The notes beneath the pieces were generated by a model. It did not search any database. It worked only from the letters and a program-made list of their open reading frames with translations, and had not been told where the DNA came from. 64,000 bases of DNA from Opitutales bacterium (lineage in GTDB: Bacteria > Verrucomicrobiota > Verrucomicrobiia > Opitutales > PNEW01), in NCBI GenBank assembly GCA_965197745.1, contig CBDANS010000005.1, positions 445,562-509,561 of the forward strand. The letters run 5' to 3'. Within the stretch, counting starts at the first letter, position 1; every line of letters begins with the position of its first letter. The position numbers were made by a program, and so were the translations under genes. Shown here piece by piece: positions 54,640 to 64,000 of the stretch.

Positions 54640-55803
54640 TTACGACAACGCATCTTCGCCATCGGTCAACCACTCAAGGTTAAAACGCGCAAACACGGTG
54701 TCTCCGCTGTACGCATTTATCCCACCTTCTCCTCCTTTTTCATACAGGCAGCAGATCGTCCCGTCTTGAGCGATGCAGAGGTCGGAGTATGAAGCGCCTT
54801 TTTTGTAGATGACTTTGGAAATGGGCCAGGTGCGGCACTCGTCGTAGCTTAGACGAACAGTGAGGTGATGCCGTTCTCCCTCTTTTTCATTTCCCGGATT
54901 TGAAAAGAGAACGCGATTCCTCCCCCTCCCTTTAGGACTGTCAGACTCGAGCGTATAACGACACACGCTTGCCTGGCAGATTGGTTCCGGCAGGCCGCCA
55001 TCCCGGACGAGTGATGAAAACCATTCCCCGTTATCGTGGCTCCACCCGATTCGTCGGTGGTAGCTGAATCCTGGACCGAAAGCCTTCCGAGCCGGCCCCT
55101 CCGCCTCTCTGAAAAACTGATTACGGGAATTGATATAGAGCCATCCGTCGGCAGTCTCCAGAATCATTGACTCGTTGGCGCCCCTGTCGGTGCTGCCGCC
55201 GATTTTCCAATGAGCCCCGTGATCATCGCTGTAGATGACATGTGAATAGTCCCAATCTATCTTTGAATCTTCATGCACCATTTCGGTGTGATCGCATGCG
55301 ACTATCAATCGGCCAGATTTCAGTTGTATGCCGTGACCGGGTCCGGTTGCGTACCACGACCACTTATCGCGTTTCACGTCTCCTGTGATCTCCTTCGGCT
55401 TCGCCCAGATTGCACCGTCATCGTCACTCGACGTCACCCAGATCTGTCGAGGCGCTTTGCCCTGCAAGATAAGATCCTGTCCTCGAGGTGATCCAGCTTT
55501 ATCCTGCAGGTTCCTGCAAAAGAGCAGCCAGACAATCCCAGTATTTCTATCCTGAACCGGAGAGGGATTGCCGCTCACCCACCCATCCAGGGAAGCGATA
55601 ACCTGGACATCTTCAAAGCTCTTACCGTCATCGAAACTCCGACGAAGAAAGAGATCAATCTGATCCGAATCTCGTCCCGTAAACTTTCGTGCTTCGTTGA
55701 AGGCGAGGATCGTCCCTTTGTTGGTCGTAATTAAGGCAGGGATTCTACACTCTTGATAGCCTCGGTCGCCGGCAGTATACAGGTTGTTTTCTTCAAAAAA
55801 CAC
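54640..55803 (-). CDS. Sialidase-family (BNR/Asp-box) protein
   Basis: RIP motif; Asp boxes S.DDG..F/W and SYDECRTW; YSDL. Confidence 0.9.
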   Translation of the reverse strand: MFFEENNLYTAGDRGYQECRIPALITTNKGTILAFNEARKFTGRDSDQIDLFLRRSFDDGKSFEDVQVIASLDGWVSGNPSPVQDRNTGIVWLLFCRNLQDKAGSPRGQDLILQGKAPRQIWVTSSDDDGAIWAKPKEITGDVKRDKWSWYATGPGHGIQLKSGRLIVACDHTEMVHEDSKIDWDYSHVIYSDDHGAHWKIGGSTDRGANESMILETADGWLYINSRNQFFREAEGPARKAFGPGFSYHRRIGWSHDNGEWFSSLVRDGGLPEPICQASVCRYTLESDSPKGRGRNRVLFSNPGNEKEGERHHLTVRLSYDECRTWPISKVIYKKGASYSDLCIAQDGTICCLYEKGGEGGINAYSGDTVFARFNLEWLTDGEDALS

Positions 55804-55899
55804 GTCTTCTCCTCAACGGTGTAATTTAGCGTCAATCCCATAATTGACTTTCCGACTTGATTAACAAGTAAATAATCCATTTGAATATTAAGGTCCTGA

Positions 55900-56040
55900 A
55901 TGGCACATCCGAATTTTCTTTGGCTTAATACCCACGATGTAAGCGCTGATAGCCTGGGGTGCTACGGGAATACATACGCGACAACACCTCACATTGATAA
56001 GCTTGCGAGGGAAGGGATTCGATACACCAGCGCGTTCGCT
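55900..56040 (+). pseudogene. N-terminal fragment of a sulfatase
   Basis: PNFLW...D....LGCYG....[16 protein letters not shown], ending just before the expected CxPxR motif. Confidence 0.8.
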
Positions 56041-57035
56041 TGTGCGATCTCATCCTGGATTGCGAAGACGTTCTTTAGCTCTCGATCGTATTTCTTGGAC
56101 CAAAGATGAATATCATCGGCAACATCGATAAGCTGAGCTGTGATCCTGATGGTATTTCCCAATTTTCGCACACTCCCTTCGAGCACAGTGCCAACGTTGA
56201 GTTGTTCGCCAATCGTGGTTATAGCCGCATCCCTAAAACGGAACGAAGAGGTACGCGAGGCTACACGCAACCCTTCGATTTGGGCGAGAGCGTTCAGGAT
56301 TTCTTCAGCTATCCCCTCACAAAAGTATTCCTGATCTTTTTCCGGACTCATGTCGCGGAAGGGGAGCACTGCGATAGAGGGGATTTCTGTAGGAGGCAAG
56401 GATATCGATTCCTGAAAAAACTGACGCCATACGATAAATGCGATTGCTGCGACAACCAACACTACGAAAGATGTCCATACCAATCGCTTGGATGGTTTAT
56501 CTTTTACCGTGGAAGTTTTCTCCTCATCCCAACGCACCGCGTAAACGCGGACGGGTTCGGCAATATTTTTAACGCTGTGTTCACCTTGATTGTCAAAAGA
56601 ATATGGGAGCTTGTTAACTACATGGTCATAGACCGTGCCTGAGACACAGATACCTCCACCTTCAGCGAGACTCTCTACTCGTGCCGCCACATTGACCCCG
56701 TCACCGTATATGCGATCGCCATCAACGATCACATCACCGAGATTAATACCGATGCGGTAGTGCATCCGGCGATCCTCCGGAATTCCCGCATTGCGAGCCA
56801 TTAGCTCTCCCTGTATCACAACCGCACATCTGATCGCGCTCACCGCACTGGTAAATTCAGCGAGAAGATTGTCGCCGGGAGAATCAATCACCCGACCCTG
56901 ATGCTCTTCAATATGCCGACTCATCGCTTCACGATAAGTGTTGAGAGTCTTCACCGTCGCCTCCTCGTCCTCACCCATGAGACGGCTGTAACCCTCGACG
57001 TCAGCACTGAGAATGGCCGTTAGCTTGCGTTCCAT
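55989..57035 (-). pseudogene. Class III adenylate/guanylate cyclase with transmembrane and TolB-like domains, C-terminally truncated
   Basis: [32 protein letters not shown] and FAIQDEIA; the last residues are the antisense of the sulfatase fragment. Confidence 0.8.
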
Positions 57036-57183
57036 GACTGATTGTTTCCGCTTAGTGTGCTATCTGCACGATTCAGATCAGACTATTACTTCATCGTTTT
57101 ATCTTTCAATCAGCATTAAATGAGGGATGTCAGGCTATGCCCTTGTATGTTACTCCGTGATTTGTTTAAGGGTAAAAGAAGGT

Positions 57184-57244
57184 GGGGGTATAAAAATACA
57201 CATCCCATTCAATCGATAATCCATTAATCTGTATGTGGCGGAGG
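57184..57244. repeat. Direct repeat of about 60 bp, copy 1
   Basis: GGGGGTATAAAAATA(A)CACATCCCATTCAATCGATA.TCCATTAATCTGTATG..GCGGAGG, also at 59740-59801. Confidence 0.85.
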
Positions 57245-57282
57245 TGATTTTTCCGCGAGGGAACACAATACCCCTTGAAGGA

Positions 57283-59605
57283 TTACTCTATCGTCATCTC
57301 TTCAGTGTCGACAATGATTTCATCACCATCTTCGTTAGCGAAGGTTGCAACAATACTCCGCGTGGGTTGAGGGGTGTTGTCTGACTTGAAGTTATTCTGC
57401 GTGGTCAGCATTTCAAATCCGGGGGTCGTCGATCCACTCTCCGCGACTACAATCGATGCTCCGTTCGTCTGTGCCAGGTCTCCTCCGGTGATCCGCAACC
57501 CAGGGTTACCGGCTGCTACCGTAAAGGACCCTTCACCAAATAACAGGTGCGGCACTGCATCGCCATCAGCATCAATGTCACCTACAGTTAAGCGTACCGC
57601 TATCGGTACCCCCCGTGCATCAATCCCTATGTTCCCTGTACTCCTACTAAAGACGGCGTTTGATAACTGCATTCCTCCCATCCCCGTGGAGTTGATCACC
57701 TGTACCAGGGTCACATCTGCCTGCGCACCGTACTCTTGTCCCTCAGGGAACAAGGCCTGGTTCACCGCATTGATCTTTCCTACCGTGAAGATACTAAAAT
57801 AGGTCGTTTCATCGGCTCCCTCGATCACCACGCTCGGTTTGCCTGTAACATACGCTACCCCTGACTGATTATACCGTGGGGGAGCCTTCGCTGCTAAATA
57901 TGTACTCGAATCCAAGGTCACCGTAAAGGTCCCAGCTCCAGAGTACTCCACTTGTACGATGTCTTCATCTTCGTCCATAAACGATACCCGGGTGATGTGC
58001 CCAGTCTTCGCCTGTAACTTGATGCTCTCTCCCGTTAATAATACTTGATCAAATATATTTCCATTGGGGTGTTGAATGTCCTCCCCAGCTATCGAGCCTG
58101 AACCCGTTAGGACTAACGGTACTGTGACCGTGACCGCCGCGGTGTCACTATCTGCTGTACCTCCGTCATTAGTCACTTGTACCCAGAAGTTAGTAATCGC
58201 CCCTAATCCCCCCGTGGTCATCGTACTCTCAGTTGCTCCCTCGACCGGCCAATTGGTGTCGGGATGTATCCCTCCATACCACTGGTAGGTTAGATCATCT
58301 CCACTCGCCTCGACGCTTAATGTTACCGGGTGACCCGTTGCTACTGACTGACTTACCGGTTGCGTCGTGATCTCAGGGGCTGGGACTGCCGGGGTCGTTG
58401 GAGTCGCAGTCGACCCCGTACCAGGTGCTCCAATCGGGGTGAAACCAAAATCATCGATACCGTTACGGGTATAAATATTAGCGTTCACATCTTCTTCATC
58501 ACTATAAACAATCTTCCCAATGCCTCCGGGTGCTCCCAATTCATCTGCGTTAAAGGTAAGAAAAGCAGGTTTATATAGTGGATCAACAGTCGACTCTAAA
58601 TTTGTTACGGTCACGAGCAGGTTATCATTAGTATCGAAGACTTCAACTGTGCAATCGATATCTGTCTGATCCCTTATAGGTTGACAATTTGCATAAAAAT
58701 CCACCTCATAAGCCGGAGTTTCAAAGGTGATGGTGAATCCCCCCCCTCCAGCCTCTACAATAAAAGATTGGTTAAAAGAATGGTTTGATGGGCCGGATGC
58801 TTCAGCTATTTGGGCACTAGATGGGCCGCCACCACTAGCCCTAATACCACCTCCAGTACCACCAGTACTGGTAAAAGTAGCGGTATTAGGAGAAACCCCA
58901 ATAGAAAAAGGTTCCAGTCTACTATCACCTACCCCAAATCCTTCATCCGACTCAAAGCGGGTATAGACCGTATTATTGACAGGCTTATCGGTGGGTGTGT
59001 AGCCAAGATCATCTATGGACAATTTACCTGTAACATTTGAAAATCTTTACTTCTTTTATACCTTCAATGAATTCCAGATCAGTTCCATCAAGAAAATTGC
59101 CACTGTCAGCAATAAAGCTTTGTAAGGCCGAGTTGATGTTAGCCGGTAGTCCGGTAACTTCGCCATGATCTCCTATCACTGTTATAACTTCACCAAATCC
59201 GCCGGCGGCTTCTCCCCCGATGTTTTTATCTCCTTTGACCTCGATTTTGCCACCCCCTGTTGATTCGGCCGCGTAAAATTCTAAGGTATGAATCCCGCGG
59301 GGGCTTATTATTTTTCCCTCTTGACCAGGCCCAAGTGTTAACGCTTTCGTTCCGGAGTGTAAGAGCGCAGGATCATCGAGAGTTTCTACCGTGAATCCGA
59401 TGAGTGTTACCACGTTTGGCTCTTGACCGATATAGATCGTACCTTCTCCACTAACACTTTCAAAGTCAGTGAATATTTCCAGGTCTTGCGGAAGAGCCAA
59501 CAGGTGCACCGGTAAATAGAGAAAAAGAATCAGAATCGAAATTAATTCTATAGGCTGTCTTTTCACGCTGTTATAACAATTAAAGCAATGCCAGAGATTT
59601 TTCAA
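57283..59605 (-). CDS. Large secreted protein with an Ig-like domain and a beta-rich C-terminal domain, split by one extra base near 59040
   Basis: Signal-like N-terminus; removing one A gives KIFNVTGKLSIDDLG; PEITTQP...YQWY Ig motif. Confidence 0.7.
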
Positions 59606-59739
59606 AACAACTTATTATTTATAAGAGTTTATAAAGCATAATTGTTTTGAAATATACTAAAAGACAACATATCCATCGATATCCAAGGATAACGCTGACT
59701 GAAATTAATTACTTTTCCCCTGATAATTTAGGGGGCGGG

Positions 59740-59801
59740 GGGGGTATAAAAATAACACATCCCATTCAATCGATATTCCATTAATCTGTATGCAGCGGAG
59801 G
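59740..59801. repeat. Direct repeat of about 60 bp, copy 2
   Basis: Matches 57184-57244. Confidence 0.85.
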
Positions 59802-60196
59802 GGGGGTTCCCCACACAGATTAATTAGATATTCTAAAGATCAAGCCTTATTAAATCTTCGACGCTTTCGTTTTTGTTTAGTAGTGGGAAGCATCGGTGTT
59901 AATAAATTCTCATAAAGCTGGAAGAGATATTCGATGCGCTGACGTTCGCTTGTGAATGGGTTACGTCGATAACAGGCGGTCGGTTGCACGGTCAAGATTG
60001 TGGTGAGCCCTAAGAAGACCGGAAAACCAGAAAGCCAGACATCCAGAAGGCTGGTAATCTAGAAGGCCAGAGAGCCTGAAAGTCTGCCTGCCCTGAGCTT
60101 AGTCGAAGGGAACCTTCTTCCCCTTTTTACCTTTTGACTTTTTGACTTTTTGACTCTAATCAATCCGCAATCGACAATCTGAAATCTGAAATCGAT

Positions 60197-61051
60197 ATGT
60201 CTCAGCGTTTTGAATCCAACTACCCACTCGATCCCGAACAGATTAAGGAATGGGTGGACACCTTTAACCGCCAGGGGGTTCTTTTCCTGGAAAATGTTCT
60301 GACCGAGGATCATGTAGCCCAGTTGAAAGCTGATCTCGACTGGTCAATTGACAATATCACTTCAGTCGACGACGACCCCTATGGCAAACTCAGCAGTCGA
60401 AATTCAGTAAAAAATATCTTGCCTCTGCCATCGAATGTTTTGAACATAGTCCGGCCAACCTTAACCCTCTTCGACCTCGAGCCTATTGTCAGCTTTGCTG
60501 AAGCCTTGGTTGCTACCAACAGCCATGTCATTCACAACAACTCATGCCATGTCATTAACAACAACTCATTTGTCACATATCCGGGTGGTGGTATCACAAG
60601 CTGGCACCAGGATGATCCTCCACATATGATCGTTACCGATGGAGAACCGCCAACGAATATTCAGCTGCCTGTTCTCGCTTTTACCTGCAATTACTATTTA
60701 ACAGATGTCACTGAAGTTGAACAAGGCGGGACTGAAGTCATTCCCGGTTCTCACCTCTTTGGCGCTGATGCGCGCAAGGCTGATTTCAATGGAGAATGGA
60801 AGGACAAAATTCACTATAACTTGGGTAAAGCCGGAAGCGTGATCATGTTCAACAACCAGGTCTGGCACCGTGGAGGCCCCAATCGCACCAATAGAAAACG
60901 TTATATTACCCTAATTACATACGCCCGCCGCTTTATCGGACACAAATATTTTCCCTTCATGAATTACACTATGCCCGAGCATGTCTACAAGGACGCGAAT
61001 CCTCGGCTCAAACGCCTGCTCGGCTTCCTCGAACACGGCGCTTACGGGTAG
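60197..61051 (+). CDS. PhyH family dioxygenase
   Basis: WHQD, GGT.VIPGSH and WHRGGPN motifs. Confidence 0.9.
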   Translation: MSQRFESNYPLDPEQIKEWVDTFNRQGVLFLENVLTEDHVAQLKADLDWSIDNITSVDDDPYGKLSSRNSVKNILPLPSNVLNIVRPTLTLFDLEPIVSFAEALVATNSHVIHNNSCHVINNNSFVTYPGGGITSWHQDDPPHMIVTDGEPPTNIQLPVLAFTCNYYLTDVTEVEQGGTEVIPGSHLFGADARKADFNGEWKDKIHYNLGKAGSVIMFNNQVWHRGGPNRTNRKRYITLITYARRFIGHKYFPFMNYTMPEHVYKDANPRLKRLLGFLEHGAYG

Positions 61052-61497
61052 GGAGAGAAAGCCGGAAGACCGGAAAGCCAGAGCGTTGGAGTGAAAAAGG
61101 ATAACTGAGAGGACAAAGAAAATATTTTATTACGCATAAAAGTAGCATATTCCACCTATACACTAGCATAAAAGAATAGTGGTGGAGCGGGCTGACCCAG
61201 CACGCTTTTTCAATGATGACTATCTCAAACGCGCTAGGGACACGATACGATTATGCTCATCGCAGGACGCGTTCCACCATCTATTAAATAGTAATTCTTA
61301 TATTCCTCGATCGTGCCTTCAACCTTTTGACATTTTGACCTTTTGACATTTTGACTAAACACCGTGAAACGTGCTTTCAAATAATGCGGGTTAATATTTT
61401 CTTACGGGGTGTTGTTTTTTAGCATTTTTGTATTTCTGGAGTGATGTCTTAAAGCCGGAACTGGAAGAGGAACCCATTCGCTATAGCCCGGAAAAAA

Positions 61498-64000
61498 TTG
61501 ATTACATCGAAAAGTCAAGAGACGTTAGTTTCACTGAAGACGACCTTTTCAAAAATACAGCAGGATGTCGATTACCGCGGGGGTGAATCCGGCACATGGT
61601 ATCCTAAATCCGAATCACCCATCCTCAGCGAACTGGTAGAGGAGGGCAATCTTCCACCGGTGGCCGAACGTGTGGGATCCGAGCCGGTAGTGCTTAAAGG
61701 TGTGGACAGTATTGGTAGATACGGCGGCACCTGGTTTCAAGTGGTAGGATCACCACACCAGGCAGAATACGTCGGTAGCTTCTTTGCCGGATCTTCTCTT
61801 GTTCGCTGGTCGCCGCTCGGTTACCCGATCGTCCCTCATATCGCTAAGCGTTGGGATTCCAGTCCCGATAAGAGGGCATGGACATTTTACCTGCGAAGAG
61901 GCATGAAGTGGTCTGACGGCCACCCTTTTACTGCCGATGATATCCTGTACTGGTGGGAAAAAGAAATACCGCTTAATATCCCTGGGGTTGCTACTGCCGA
62001 ATGGATGGATATAGGCGGTAAGACAGGGGAGATAACTAAAATCGATGATCACACCGTAAAGTTCGTTTTCCCTCACCCCTATGGAGCATTTTTAGAAGCC
62101 TTGGCTAAATTTAATGATATTTGCTCGCCTCAACATTACCTGGAAATATACCACCCGGTATTTGGTGATGACGCCCTTATCGAAGCGAACATGGAAGAAA
62201 GGAGGCTACCTTCGCGTAGGAGCCTATATGCTTCATTGAAACTCTGGAACAACCCAGAACACCCGAGGATTTGGCCCTGGCTTTATCGCACTTTTAAAGC
62301 GAATCCACCCCAGGTGTTTGTCCGCAATCCCTTCTACTGGGCAGTTGATACCGAGGGCAATCAGCTCCCCTATGTGGACCAATTATTTACCGAGGCAAAA
62401 ACCTATAAGCTTATACCAATAACTGCGGCCAGTGGAGCCGTCACCTTTAAAATTTTTGGCAGTATGGATCTCTATTATACCCTGCTCATGTCACAACGCG
62501 GAAATAAACAATTACGAAGTGTATCACTGGTTTCCAGCTTCACGTTCACGCTACCTCATCCATCCAAATCTAAATTTATTGGTGGACCCTGACGATCCGG
62601 TTACCCAAATGAAACATGATCTCCTCAACAGCAAACGGTTTCCGCCAGGCACTTTCCCTCGCCATCAATCGACGCCAAATAATCAAAAATGTATACAATG
62701 GAGTGGGGAGAACCCGCACAGTTATCACCCGGGAGGGAGTCATATTTCCACCATGAAAAACTTTATAAAAGTTTCACCGAATATTCACCCGACAAGGCTA
62801 ACGCCTTACTCGACGAGCTCGGTCTAACCCGGAGGGATTCCAAGGGATACCGTACATTTGTGGACGGTACGCGTATGGTCTGGTATTATACCATTAAACA
62901 GGGAGAAGACGAAGGACCGACGGAGCTCATCATCGAAGACTGGAGCCGCATTGGCATTCGCGCCGTCCAGCGTCAGCCGCCATCGGCCCTCTTAGAGTAC
63001 AACTAAATTCGCGCAAAGTCGAATTTTCCATTTATCCTGGGAACGCAGAATACATTCCTGTTATAGGGGGTAAAAAAATTGCTGGAATATCAGCATATCA
63101 AGCCTATGGCTATCAGAATTGGTACAAGCGAGGGGGACTTTACGGAAATCCTGAAGCCACAGAGTTAGGCGGCATTGAACCACCGATAGATCACCCCATG
63201 CGACAGACAATGAAGCTGATCGATGAATCATACAGTGCAATTAATCGTGAAGATCAACGGTTAATTTTCAATAAGCTTTTCGACATCGCCGCAGAGAATG
63301 TCTGGTCAATCAATGTAACCCCTTCACCACCGTTCCCGGTAGTGGTCAAAACGATTTTTAAAAACGTTCCATACAATGCCGCATATAGTGGATTCTTCCT
63401 TACGCCATCTAACGCGGGAATGGAAACCTACTACTTTGAGAAGCCTTATAATTCGCCTGGAACCCTTGCGCAAATGAAAAAAGAATTGATAGAAATCACC
63501 CCTGCTTCTTACGGATCCAGCCAGGATGATCCAACATCAAGCAGTAATGAAACGCATGGCATGGCTTATAAAAAAACTGTTTTTAGGTGTTGCCGTTTGC
63601 GGAATAATATTGATCGGGATACGGCATCCTTATATCGGCAGGCGACTACTCATCATGGGTCCGACTCTTCTCATTATCTCGATGATCTCTTTTGTTATCA
63701 TTCAGCTGCCACCGGGAATTATATCGATACAAAATTATAGAATTACAGTTAAAAGGTAGTCAGGTAGACATCGATGAGATTGAAAAGCTGCGGGAGATCT
63801 TTCATCTCGATAAGTCTATTGCCGAACGTTATTTACTTTGGCTAGGTCTTAACTGGTTTACTTCCTTTGAAAAAAAAGACCAGGGTTTATTACAGGGTCA
63901 CTTGGGTTTATCCATGGAAAACCAGAGCACGGTCAATGCAGTGGTGGGCGATCGTATCCTTCTAACTTTGCTCATTTCGATGGGCACTATACTTTTTACC
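61498..64000 (+). pseudogene. Family-5 ABC substrate-binding protein fused to a DppB-like permease; multiple frameshifts; runs off the window
   Basis: LPPVAER, LR.GMKWSDGHPFTADD, GNQLPYVD, then RRLL...PTLLIIS..F.IIQLPPG and GLLQG.LG.S across shifting frames. Confidence 0.7.

Noticed and set aside
13376..59605. Programmed frameshifting or phase variation at about 13888, 38410, 43100 and 59040
   Set aside because: These are single-base indels in short runs in unrelated genes, so consensus error or decay is simpler. Reads are needed to decide.
1..64000. tRNA/rRNA genes and the many short antisense ORFs
   Set aside because: No tRNA or rRNA signature was recognised by eye, and the short ORFs are shadows of well-supported genes.

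Overview
Bacterial chromosomal segment of roughly 45% GC (estimated by eye). Gene content and style suggest Verrucomicrobiota/Opitutales, which is an inference. Positions 1-52.9 kb are mostly housekeeping genes (clpC, ndk, ispF/ispD, pcm, mazG, trpC, rsmA, glnD, valS, waaA, sufS/sufU, der, fmt, parB). Positions 54.3-64 kb form an accessory, partly decayed region. Three insertion sequences carry the most interesting signals. (1) An IS621-like IS110 element (4738-5984) sits inside a composite REP-like repeat. Its bridge RNA can be read directly: the target guides match the reconstructed insertion site and an empty site at 20031-20046, the donor guides match the circle junction, and a promoter forms only on circularisation. 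(2) Two divergent IS3 elements (9663-11012 and 52976-54293) carry an identical 32-nt GCGAAGC-hairpin insert inside the Glu codon of the SDNGSEF active-site motif. One also carries a related 43-nt insert in the Glu codon of the DEYTRE motif. These inserts are a candidate undescribed micro-element or skippable/excisable transposase switch. Several single-base frameshifts in homopolymer runs may be sequencing errors.
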